A DNA stretch of 64,000 nucleotides from Heptranchias perlo (lineage: Eukaryota), in assembly GCF_035084215.1 (NCBI RefSeq), contig NC_090360.1, positions 10,230,001 to 10,294,000 on the forward strand, read 5' to 3'. The position numbers and the translations under genes were made by a program. Positions within the stretch are counted from its first letter, which is position 1. The number at the start of each line of letters is the position of its first letter. This document shows positions 1 to 10,688 of this stretch, piece by piece. Under the pieces are notes generated by a model. The model was given only the letters and a program-made list of their open reading frames with translations. It did not search any database and was not told the DNA's origin.

Positions 1-1054
1 GAAAATACAGATAAGGAATTGTCTGAGGATCAAATGCTGACCATATATTTGCAAAGGATAGCTACAGTGCTAGAAACACATGCCCAAACCATTAATAAAT
101 TAATAAAAGAGGAATATAACGTATCTTAGCAGGCGGCTGCTAATGACATCTGCAGTACATATGGTAACTGGATTGTGGAACAGACATGAGAGAACCTAGC
201 CCAGATACAGGCAGGGGAAGTACCCTTATGAATAACGAATCAACAAACTGAGGGTGTACCTGACCTGTGGGCATGATGGAGGTGGTACCTCCAAGCGGCT
301 GTTAGCAAACAAGAACATCACCCCTTGCCAATTCAGGGCAATGCTGCGGGTGTACCCCATTCAAGTGGAGTGTAAACCTGACGGAGGAGGGCTCCTAGGG
401 TTGGTACTGGTAATACTGGTGATGGCACCCGAAACCCAGGGATGAGAGGTGTAACAAGTACAGAATATTGGGGTAGTGAAGGACGGAATGCACATATCCC
501 ATCACAATATGTTACCATATGCTGAAAAAAAATTAAAGGGAATTTCGCTGGAACAAAATTAAAGGGATGTGTTACTAGACATGTTGTCACTTTATGTCCA
601 CATCGTGTTGCACACAGCCCAGAAGCACAGTGTGGGTTTAACAATACCGGTACCTGTCAGGATATTAACTGTACCATGGAGGCCCTAGAGGCGGATCTAA
701 AACCCACTCAAGTGGCATATGCCGGAGAGGGCGAATACTGTGTTACAACTTCTTTGAAAACGTTTAAATATGCCAATATATTTTAAGTCCAGAGTTCTGC
801 TTCATTCCTGAAGTCCCGGTTCGGATTGGACCCGAGGAACTGGGAGAGATACACCGGCATAACCTCACCACTTTACAAGTTTAATAATAATTGCTTTTTG
901 CTTGGTTATCGGATGTTTTAATGTCTGCTGTAAAGTCATGATGGCTCGAATTGTGCCAGGAGCCAGTGTGGCCACTGAAGAAGAACACCTAATGGGGACA
1001 CCCGAAGACGCCAAGGAAGACGGCAATGATGAGGGAGAAGGAATCTATCTGTAA
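1..1054 (+). pseudogene. Decayed envelope/fusion-glycoprotein-like ORF of an LTR element (partial, continues left of window)
   Basis: Manual translation across stops and frameshifts: heptad-like helix (LTIYLQRIATVLETHAQTINKLIKEEY), Cys-rich segment (GCVTRHVVTLCPH..QCGFNNTGTCQDINC..GEYCV), hydrophobic TM-like LIIIAFCLVIGCFNVCC and acidic tail. Lies just upstream of a PPT and LTR. Confidence 0.55.
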
Positions 1055-1214
1055 CATGTAACCTGTGAATTATGGGTTCGGCATACGCACAGAACATCAC
1101 GGAAGGTAGATACCCGAAAAGGCTGTGTATTGAGTGCCGGACCACCGTTGCAAGTACTCTATCGTTATTGGTCTAGATGATTATTAAGCCATAATCATGA
1201 CCAAAAGGGGGAAT

Positions 1215-1715
1215 TGTTGGAGTAAAAGTAAGATGGTTACCTGGAACAAAATGGACTCTGTGAAACAAAATGGACTCTGTGAAACAAAATGGACTCTGTG
1301 AAAAGACATTAAAATGTGCTGACTTAGGCAACCTTGAGCTACATCCTGTCATTGTATAAAAACTACGGAACAGACAAAAACCAGACCTCCAGATGGTCAG
1401 CTTAAGATAAAGCGGAACCGAAACAATATGTTCTTGATAACAGTTGTTTTTTAAAGGAATGTGATTGGAGGTCAATTGTTGCTGTCGGGGCCTAATTGGC
1501 TAATGTGTAACTAACCAAGGCTGATAATGTAATAACTGCTAAATGTCTGTACTTGTCAACTCTTTGGAATGTATAAAAGAAGCTCAGTGGCCATTTTAAA
1601 ATTGAGAAGTTGACTGTGAGCACTGCGGAGTGCCAAGCACTTCTCCCAAAGCTTTGTTCAATAAACTGCATGTTGAATCTTTAAGTCTGACTCCGAGTGG
1701 TGATTTCCCACAACA
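1215..1715 (+). mobile_element. 3' LTR of an LTR retrotransposon/endogenous retrovirus
   Basis: Polypurine tract AAAAGGGGGAA (1203-1213) before TGTTG; ends CAACA (1711-1715); TATAAAA at 1572 and AATAAA at 1660; internal ~19-bp tandem repeat (aaacaaaatggactctgtg, about x3) at ~1245-1300. Confidence 0.85.
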
Positions 1716-2386
1716 CCCACCATCAACGTCCTGGGGGTCACCATTGACCAGAAACTTAACTGGACCAGCCATATAAATACTGTGGCTATAAGAGCAGGTC
1801 AGAGGCTGGGTATTCTGCGGCGAGTGACTCACCTCCTGACTCCCAAAAGCCTTTCCACCATCTACAAGGCACAAGTTAGGAGTGTGATAGAATACTCTCC
1901 ACTTGCCTGGATGAGTGCAGCTCCAACAACACTCAAGAAGCTCAACACCATCCAGGACAAAGCAGCCCGTTTGATTGACACCCCATCCACCACCCTGAAC
2001 AGTCACTCCCTTCACCACCGGTGCACTGTGGCTGCAGTGTGTACCATCTACAGGATGCACTGCAGCAACTCGCCAAGGCTTCTTCAACAGCATCTCCAAA
2101 ACCCGTGACCTCTACCATCTAGAAGGACAAGGGCAGTAGGCAGATGGGATCAATACCACCTGCACGTTCCCCTCCAAGTCACACACCATCCCGACTTGGA
2201 AAAGTATTGCCGTTCCTTCATCGTTGCTGGGTCAAAATCCTGGAACTCCCTACCTAACAGCAGAGTGGGAGAACCTTCACCACACGGACTGCAGCGGTTC
2301 AAGAAGGCGACTCATCACCACCTTCTCAAGGGCAATTAGGGATGGGCAATAAATGCTGGCCTTGCCAGCGATGCCCACATCCCATC
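1716..2386 (+). mobile_element. 3' part of a CR1/L2-superfamily LINE (RT C-terminus + 3' tail), interrupted by the LTR element
   Basis: ORF 1782-2108 RAGQRLGILRRVTHLL..YKAQVRSVIEYSPLAW is a non-LTR RT C-terminus; a highly similar copy lies at 20705-21597 on the other strand. Confidence 0.85.
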
Positions 2387-3269
2387 AACAATTTTTTTTT
2401 AAAAGCCCCACCGTAACAGAATAATGTGCTACGTGGTATAATACAACGTACCATACGTAGTGTGCCATTTCTGTCCTTAAAGAGTGTATCTTCCGACTTA
2501 CCGTGGGCAATACCAAGGGATGTCCGCTGATGTTGAGAAAATTAAAATATATTCTTGAAGTAAAATAATCGTAGCTATGAAACTATTGAAGTGGTTTGCA
2601 TAGTTTTAAAGGTGCAAGAATTCCAGGAGGAATTCCAGATGCAAGTGAAATTAAGCTCAGGCTTCTATCCTTAACAGATAGATACAATTTTGTTCTAAAG
2701 TTCCCTGTGATGGTAATGAACTGACAGTGCCTACATTGTGTGTTCCACAGTGTGATAAAATGCGAGGCCAGGAAGTGCTTCTTAAAGGCAAATTACCTTG
2801 AAAGGCATCCGCATGGATTCTGTGGGCTGATAGGAATATGAAGCGGAAAGTTCAGTGGCATCTATGATTACCACCCACACATTGTAATCATCAGATTTAT
2901 GTACTAAATCGATATGTGGCTTTGATTAGAGGTTTTAAGTTAAATCTGAATTAATTTTCCCATCAACACCATCATTAATGAGATTAAAGTGAGAGCAAAC
3001 TAGAACATCAAACTACAATTGAGCTTCTTTATATGGCGCTCTCATACGTGGTGGAATTAAATGAAACAATGGCGTTCTTAGTTCGCATATGGATTGTTTC
3101 GAAATATGGCCCAGGAAACAGATACAACACCGACCATATCGTTTGCATTTGTGTAAAACACAATGTACTTTCACCTCAAACATTTGCCTGTAGCTCAGGA
3201 GCTAGTTGCATGCCACTGAATGAGAATGAAAGCTTAGACTGTGGTTTTTAGCAGTGCTTTGTATCTGAC

Positions 3270-3447
3270 CTCTCATGATCACTCCCCTGGCCTCTGCCCA
3301 TTCGCTCCTGCCGCCTGATGTGAGCAGTCCAATCGGAGGCACACCTTCTTCCTCGCTCTCTGCCATTTTCACGATCTTTCTCAACTGGGTGAATAAGTCG
3401 GTTTCGTTCAAACGTCTGAAGTTTATGACAACATCCAAAACGAAGAA
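3270..3447 (-). CDS. CHAT: Choline acetyltransferase internal exon (178 bp); last CHAT exon found in the window
   Basis: [59 protein letters not shown]; cag acceptor, gtcaga donor; phase continuous with the previous exon. Confidence 0.95.
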
Positions 3448-3797
3448 CTGGCACAAAGTAAAGAAATGGAAGCAAAGTTAAAGCGAAACTGTTTGGAGTT
3501 GGTGTAAAATATTGAAAAGCGTGGGTTAAATGTAAGAACCACTTTAAATTGTGGGGGAGAGGGGCGATCTATTATTTATACTTTCATTGAAAAAATGTAT
3601 AACCATCACGTTTTCCAGAATTTATGATATTTGAACTCATTCGCTCATTTAGTTACCAGTAATTGGAACAGGCTGGAGGGGCTAAATGCCTACTCTTGTC
3701 CCTAATTGCCACTCTGAATAAAACCATCCTGGCGTCAATTTCCAATCGCATTTAGCTCCACTTGTTCCCCGGTAGAAATTGAAATGTGTTTTCTCAC

Positions 3798-3978
3798 CTG
3801 GTTCTTACAAGCCACGATGACGTGCTCTGGTTCGGGCATGATGCTGCTTTTCTGGGCCGCCAGCGTGTCTTTTCGATGACCTGGGAGACGGTAGGACGAG
3901 AACAGCCTGTAATACTGCTCCATACACAGGGCGTGTCCAGCCAGCTGACCACGGGCAAAATCAACAGGTAACGCACGG
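3798..3978 (-). CDS. CHAT: Choline acetyltransferase internal exon (181 bp)
   Basis: [60 protein letters not shown]; cag/gtgag boundaries. Confidence 0.95.
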
Positions 3979-4639
3979 CTGGAAAAACAGACATGGACTT
4001 AAATGTTGCTTCTAGCATAACAAGCCAGCTTCTCCCTGACCCGTTCCCCTTCAACCTCCAGGTTAGCTATTGTTTAATTTAGGACTCGGTGTAGGCAAAA
4101 ATACACCGATTCTGTAAAAGGAGAAACCTGGATTTTTTTTTTCCTCTACTTAAATTGGTACAATGTCGGAAAAATCTATTCATAATTTATTTTAATATTT
4201 TCGGAACCACCATACAATTTTTCACTGTAAACTAATAAAATGGATGTTTGGACGTCAATACACCAACCAGCAGGAAGCTCTGGTGGATTATAAATGTCCT
4301 GATTGAATAATAGCCAGGTAATGACTCTCCACTGTCATATTTCTAAATACACCATCTACTGTTAATGAATTAAAAGACTGACGACAATTAACAGCAGTGC
4401 AATCGGGCAGTTCATTAAAGAGGTATGAGGTGCGATAGTGAGCATTATGGGAGAATACTAATGTTGGGAAGGGTAAAGAGTTATTTCGCATTTCTAAGAA
4501 TTATAGATGATTCAAAAGCACGGTTTGCGGTAAAATCATATATTTTCTCTATTTCACCCATACTATTGTCCCTGCTTCTCTGGTCAACCCTTTAGTCCCT
4601 TTTAAAGCTCCAAATCCCTATATCCCCAATGTGCTGGAA

Positions 4640-4790
4640 GCAAAACTCATGGCATTCTCTCTCACCCCATCATTCTTTTACACCTTAAATCTATGGAACT
4701 CCATACCTCCCTCAGTCATCCCCTCCTCCTACAATCTCCAGGCTTTAAAAACGAAGTCTGGTCACCTAATCGCTGCCTCTTACATTTGTC
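4640..4790 (+). mobile_element. Old LINE 3'-end fragment
   Basis: Translation SFFYTLNLWNSIPPSVIPSSYNLQALK resembles the LWNSLP..FK C-terminus of jockey/CR1-group RTs. Confidence 0.4.
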
Positions 4791-5149
4791 CACCCCCGTC
4801 CATCCCCTCCTGCAGAGAGGACACAGGCAACTTGGCAGCAATTCTTTCAGACCTTGGCCGTGCGATGCATTAAGGCCCTCGGTCTTGGTTTTCCAATACT
4901 AAAAACCTACTCCATGCATTTTATCAATTGTTCTCGTTTAATATCGAATTTTATATATTAACCAATTAAATTAAGATAAGGCATTTTAGACAAGCAATAT
5001 GTTTTCACTGAATAATCTTAGGTTTGTTGGAGAAACTGTGAAAAAAGAACGGCATAATAGCTCATATTAACTTGAGGTATGGAATTCTTGTGTTGAATGC
5101 CATGATCAAAATTATTCAATGTTTGACTCCCCGAATGGCGATAACTTAC

Positions 5150-5203
5150 GCATCTATTACAACTTTGTAATCCAGTATTCCGGAAATGAGACGTGCAGCA
5201 AAC
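5150..5203 (-). CDS. CHAT: Choline acetyltransferase internal exon (54 bp)
   Basis: FAARLISGILDYKVVID; tttacag acceptor, gtaagt donor; phase 2/2 fits both neighbours. Confidence 0.93.
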
Positions 5204-5902
5204 CTGTAAAGGAAAAATAAACTCGTGATGTTGGCGTCACGGTGAGATTTCTCCAGATGTCATCAATGGGAGTTCGGCGCTACGCAAGGAAGAATCTCAA
5301 AGCATAATTTATTATCCAGGAGAATGATATGTGCCTGTGGTTGGGGAAATAATTACAGAGTGCAGGTTCCACTAGATAACACCCATACCTCACAGCCTCA
5401 ACACCGAAAATGATGCCATTGTTCGCACTAAATTAGACTGCTTTGACATAGTTCATTTTATTCTTACAGCTATTAAGTCCACCAATGTATATAGATGAGA
5501 ATGTGAACTCGTGTTACACCAACCTCATATCACTCTTGCATTAAATATACTTAACACTGACAAAACATTTCCACATACTTTGCCCGATATGCAAAGGGTG
5601 TAGCGAAAGATATTCAAAAATAACCTGCCTTTGAAAACAATTTAAATAGGAACATGTAAGAGTATCCGTGATAGAGCCTTGCCCATGTATTGGGGCACGA
5701 TCCTTAAAACTTCACCAAGAAATGGTCCCAAGTTGATATTTTTGGGCAGGGTTCGCTATATCTCAACCTACATTTTCTGACAACACTGCATCTTTGTGTT
5801 GGAAACATCGAATTGCCATTATCACTATGCATGACAGCTTGTGCACGTTACAGTGCATTTCTGTTGTGCTATATGAAAGTTCAGGGTATGATTTAATTGT
5901 AC

Positions 5903-6021
5903 CTGAGTTGATCACCCTCATCCCGGAAGTTCTGGCGAGGGAAGACCATTCCGGGACTGGAGTTTACCGGAAGTGCAACTCGATTACATAAATACATGTC
6001 ATCCAGCCACCATTCGTAAAT
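5903..6021 (-). CDS. CHAT: Choline acetyltransferase internal exon (119 bp)
   Basis: [40 protein letters not shown] carries the carnitine/choline acyltransferase WLxDMYL..LPVNSSP motif; aag acceptor, gtac donor. Confidence 0.95.
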
Positions 6022-6632
6022 CTTGGGAAGAAAAGGAAAACTTGCTTAATATCTCACTAAATTCAACTGGTTTTCTTAACTTTGGAAATGCCTCTTTTGA
6101 TTGTCTAATTCATTCCTTGGTTTCTATGTAAATATTCAGAAAGTTCAACAAATGCCAGCGAAAGGGAAAGCAGGCAGCTCTAGATTCCATTGTATGTTTC
6201 CCGCATTGAGACGAAACTATACAACACCGGCCTCGCTTTAATTTCTGTCATTGCAGAATTGGCCTATTGAAAGTTATTTGCAGTTTACATTGATCAATCC
6301 GATTAGTAAGGAGCCACATTTTAAATCGCCGTAAGCACATGAAATGATTTATTCTGAATATGTAAAGTCGGTTCAAAATGGGCAGTGAAACCAACGCAAA
6401 AAGAACCCCTTTAGAAACCAATGGAAAGTAATAGATTCATTAGTACTTCATCTGCAAAATAGAGGTTGTGATATATTCCATAAATTTATAAACATATTGC
6501 AGAACTAAATTTACTAGATAACTTCTCTACTTCCTTGCAGACTATCGCTAAGTGTTTTCTAAGGCAGAAAGCAAGGCACGATGAATTAAATATATATATA
6601 GATTATCGGAGGTGCAAAGTGGCGCCATTTAC

Positions 6633-6824
6633 CCAGTTAACTTTATTTTCTCTTCGCTCCATCAACTGTTGCTGCAAAAACTCTCCAATCTCTGCACGGG
6701 CGCCAAACTTTTCTGCGATGGCTTTGGTGATTTTGTACTGATCCTCTGGGACCAGGTGTTTCATGCAGTTCAGATAGATGTCGAGGGTTTTCTGCAGAGG
6801 GGGCACGGGCAGTTTGGGCAGCAC
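6633..6824 (-). CDS. CHAT: Choline acetyltransferase exon (192 bp)
   Basis: VLPKLPVPPLQKTLDIYLNCMKHLVPEDQY...ENKVNW (LPxLPVPxL signature); tag/gtaaat boundaries. Confidence 0.95.
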
Positions 6825-7586
6825 CTACAGCACAGACAGGGTCCAACCGGTTAAAGAAGAATGAAGGGGGGGGGGCGGTGGGTGTCACATGCAACAGTCA
6901 TTTTTGAATAAGAAGCTATTCAGTGAAATAAAACAGAACGGTGAAAACAAGTGAGTAGTGAAGGCCTCCTTATTCCTTTAAGCTAATTTCTGACATGTCC
7001 TCCAATACTGCACCAATGCATTACAAATCCGACCTCGCATGTCTGCAAATGTTCAGCAGTCTTATGACTTGAGACAGGGGATTGATTGCTTGAACCCGGC
7101 TTTCGTTGTAGCTCATGGAAGATGTCTTACACGTCGAAATTATATTGCCATGCATTTTTAGACAATGCTGCATGCACCATTTCAACCCAAGCCCTATGAG
7201 GGAATGCTTTAGAAATATCCATCACTCATTGTTGCTCCGTAATGCTATTAGGACTCTGACAATGCAATCAGTTCAAAAGTCTGCTCTCTCCATAGTGTAT
7301 TGCTTATTAAATCATCCATTAGAGATTTTATAATGGCCGTGACAATTCTTAAAATAACCATCTTCTACATAGGAAACAAAACTGATTGTTTTACGTATTC
7401 AACCCTTAATATTTGACAAGGTTTGATTAGTTACTGTACCCAGCTTAATTTAGATATGTCACTGCGCTAATATTCGATTATCAAGCTGCACAGTTAAATT
7501 ATAAAACTTGCACACATCAAAGGAAACCAGCACTGCCACTTGCACGCCTAGACAAGAATGTAAAGTGAGTATAAAAGTTGTAGTAC

Positions 7587-7649
7587 ATAGCTGTTCCTGC
7601 GAGCTTTGGGTCGGACTGAGTCCTGGGTGGAGTTATTGAGGACAGGCAT
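7587..7649 (-). CDS. CHAT: Probable first coding segment of CHAT (exon probably 7587-7720 including 5' UTR)
   Basis: ATG with A at -3, then MPVLNNSTQDSVRPKARRNSY (21 aa; resembles the mammalian MPIL.. start and length); phase 0 joins VLPKLP; good acceptor tcttcaatccag at 7721; the donor gtacta is weak. Confidence 0.65.
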
Positions 7650-8070
7650 AGTTCTGCCACGATCGCGCACAGCCGATAGAAGAAAGACTCGCACAACCGG
7701 TTCACGGGATCAAAGAACTCCTGGATTGAAGATAGAATGCAAACGGCCTCGTTTAGCTGCGTATTAATTGATTAAGGACTCGATCACAGTGCTATATAAA
7801 AACTCAACAACCTATATACTCTGTCTGTCTGTCCGCCTATCCATTTTTTATATCTGTCTGGTTAACTTTCCTGCATTTAACCTCCTTCATTATTACTGAC
7901 TTGTACATGAAGGCAAGTTAGAATATTCTGGTCATCACTGATCAGCTCTTGAACGTAAGTTGAAAGAGTGGCAGAATAAAATTTACGAAAGAGATACAAA
8001 GCGAGACTATCCTTTGACTAGCACCAAATCCACTCCGGCAAACTAACATACATAAAACAAGATCACATAC

Positions 8071-8080
8071 CTTTGAGTAC
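8071..8080 (-). other. Candidate 10-nt CHAT microexon (GTACTCAAAG)
   Basis: Long polypyrimidine tract plus tag before it and AAG|gtatgt donor after it on the minus strand. Confidence 0.45.
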
Positions 8081-8356
8081 CTATAGAAAGAAATTAAGAG
8101 AAAGAACGAGAATGAAAATTTGATACTACTTCAAATAAAACCGTTTCTATAGGAGAAATGCACAGGAGAATTGGGATCAGTCCCCTCATTTTGGGTAACC
8201 CACAAATCAGGCGTGCATAGGGGATCTAAACCTATTCCTTTATAATCTTGAAGTATTCTGCAATTTACTAATTAAAGGAGCTAACACATTGACAACAATT
8301 CATTTTCAAAATAAGTTTTACACGCCAATCGATAACAAGCTGGTGTTCATACTTAC

Positions 8357-8534
8357 CGAGCTGCCCTCAGCTTCATGAGTTCACATGAAACGAGGGGAAT
8401 GGTGGCTGGATAGAAACTTCCTTTCCAAGCCCATCGTTGAACTAGATTTTGGTTAGATGGAAATCTCTCTCAGTCTGCTCGCAGTTTTGGCTCATTGTCA
8501 CTTCTTCACCCTTGTAACTGGCGTGCCGTGGAAC
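8357..8534 (-). other. Candidate upstream/alternative CHAT exon
   Basis: Strong donor CG|gtaagt at 8356; acceptor ctctccacacatcctgttcag at 8535; contains ATG 8376 (MKLRAAR) and short uORFs. Confidence 0.4.
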
Positions 8535-9825
8535 CTGAACAGGATGTGTGGAGAGCTCTGCTATACTTTCTCTTGATACGACAAACCCCTCCCCCTTTCC
8601 CTATTCGCCGAGCCCGAAGAACGACAACATCATACGCAGCACAATACCCATTGACTTTACATTGTAAACTCAAGCGGCCAGAATTCGCGGGGGAGGGCGT
8701 CTTTGTATGATGTATCTAACGTTTGTATCTAACGTGTGTAATTTTTAGGGGGGTGTGTTTTTTTCATATCTTTTCAACAGTGATCGTTCAGAAGATAATC
8801 TAGACGGAATCTAACGTCAGTAAACGGCCCATTGCTTAACATCCTATTTCTCAGAAAAAAAATAGAGCAGTGTCGAGAGTAAAGTTCACATCGCATTGAG
8901 CATCTTCCGCTTAACATGTAATGACTTGAACTGAGTGATGGTGTGTTCTGCTCGACCAACACATACTTGTTCCGCAAGTTTTCTAAAGGGATCTTCCCAT
9001 TAGATATGTTTATTGTTTGTCGAATGGAAATCTGCAGCACATTAAAGAGGAAGAAGAGGGCTGTACAGTGATAGGTCAAAAATTACGTGCATATTTTATT
9101 GGAATAACATATAACGAGTAAAATTACATAATAACCTTCTTGTTGTTGCCTTAAATCGACAATTTTGTAAAAGTGGTTTGATTTTTCCCCGTGAAAAGTT
9201 TTCTAGAGGATCTGAAATTGGAAGGATTGGAGATTACACAATCGCACATTCTCACGCGTAGTATAAAGTACAGGAGATTTGAAAATCAAATGTAGTGTCT
9301 TGGAAAACTCAAATTTGAAGGCGTTAGTCTGTGCAGCACACAATGGAACGCATGGATAAGTATACTGTCTATCCCTGGGACGTTGTTGGACGATTATTTA
9401 AATGTGTGTTATAAATAATTTCGCGATTAAGAATTATTGATGAGCTGTTCTAGGTTTTAATTAAAGGTTCCATTGTTTCTCGCCGTAAGATGAAGGATCG
9501 CACTGGGAAAGCTGCTCATGACCCAAGGGGCGGCGAGCACTGATTAATTCCAACATTCGTTATACAGAATATGGAGCACAGTCACCAAATGCACAGTATT
9601 AAAATATTTGGCCACACTTATAAACCTTCTGCTTCATAATTGACATAATTTATCGATAGCGTCTATCTCGATTAATTATAATCTCCAGTCAAAAATAGCA
9701 CAGGTAAACTATTTTCGATTATTGCAAGTTTTATTAATTTTTAGTTATACTTTTTAATATTTTTATTTATTTGCCAAGACTTACCCTCAAAGATGGAAAC
9801 AAACAATCTCGTTATGCTAAGATTT

Positions 9826-10021
9826 TATTTTGTGATGAATCCTGATTGTGATTTTATAATGAATATTGATTGTATGTATGATTTTTAACGAATTTCCTTT
9901 ATACGATTTTCTGATGCATTCTGATTGTATGATTTTGTGATGAATTCTGATTATATGATTGTGTGATGCATTTTGATTATATGATTTTGTGATGAGTTCT
10001 GATTACGCGATTTTGCGATGA
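9826..10021. repeat. Degenerate ~26-bp tandem repeat (tgatgaattctgattatatgattttg), about 7 units
   Basis: Repeated units directly visible. Confidence 0.8.
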
Positions 10022-10477
10022 CCAATCAATGCCTTTGTCCGAAGTCTGCTGGTGAAGTAAACGCGGTATCGGTGAAATGTGCACGAATGCGAAGTTACCT
10101 GCGAATATATGCAGATTCTGGGCAGAGGTGAGGTACCAACGGGTTAGTTTGGCGTTTGAAGAGAGGCTTCTTAGCCCTTTAAGTACGTGTCGCAGTAGAA
10201 CGTCGCGACTTCAGACACGTTATTTTTTTACAATGATTTTCTATATTTTCAAAGTGATAGCAGCCTTCAGCTGATATACCTCACGCATTGTACTTTTCTG
10301 CCCATCCAGAAAACCACTGTTTTGTTTTGCTGTTGTAGTATAAAAGTCAGCGGTGTGCATAATCAGCGGTGTACATAATCAACAGACCGTGGAGATTGTT
10401 GGCTATTAAAAGCCAACGTGTAGCATAAACTGAAACTTGTAAAGATGTATTTATTTTGCACGTTGATCATTGCTTGT

Positions 10478-10688
10478 CAAATGTAAGGAATCTTACAACA
10501 CCAGGTTATAGTCCAACTGTTTTATTTGAAAATCACAAGCTTTCGGAGGCTTTCTCCTTCGCTCACCTGACGAAGGAGAAAGCCTCCGAAAGCTTGTGAT
10601 TTTCAAATAAAACAGTTGGACTATAACCTGGTGTTGTAAGATTCCTTACATTTGTCAACCCCAGTCCATCACCGGCATCTCCACATCA
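10478..10688 (+). mobile_element. Fold-back Penelope-like non-autonomous element, family A copy 1
   Basis: Perfect 84-bp inverted arms (10478-10561 / 10571-10654); 3' tail tcaaccccagtccatcaccggcatctccacatca; flanking duplication atcattgcttgt (10466-10477 / 10685-10696). Confidence 0.8.
10563..10599 (+). ncRNA. Minimal type I hammerhead ribozyme motif
   Basis: TCAC-CTGACGA-A-GGAG(aaagc)CTCC-GAAA-GC-T-T-GTGA: CUGANGA and GAAA boxes, stem II, stem I TCAC/GTGA, palindromic AGCT in place of stem III. Confidence 0.65.

Noticed and set aside
1050-1176. Possible accessory zinc-finger ORF (CNL*..CIEC) between the env-like ORF and the LTR
   Set aside because: Short, interrupted by stops, and one Cys must be inferred from a stop codon; unsupported without a family consensus.
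2400-3260. Searched for the next CHAT exon (DSTNRDSL..-like)
   Set aside because: Not found; remaining exons, including the catalytic His, presumably lie left of the window beyond the LTR element.
9826-10021. Box C (TGATGA) and box D (CTGA) words suggesting snoRNAs or a CRISPR-like array
   Set aside because: The boxes are adjacent within a tandem unit, with no guide region, terminal stems or unique spacers; the context is eukaryotic.
10478-10654. Interpretation of the long hairpins as pre-miRNA genes or terminators
   Set aside because: Arms are too long and perfect, and come with TSDs, a shared 3' tail and multiple copies, indicating mobile-element origin.
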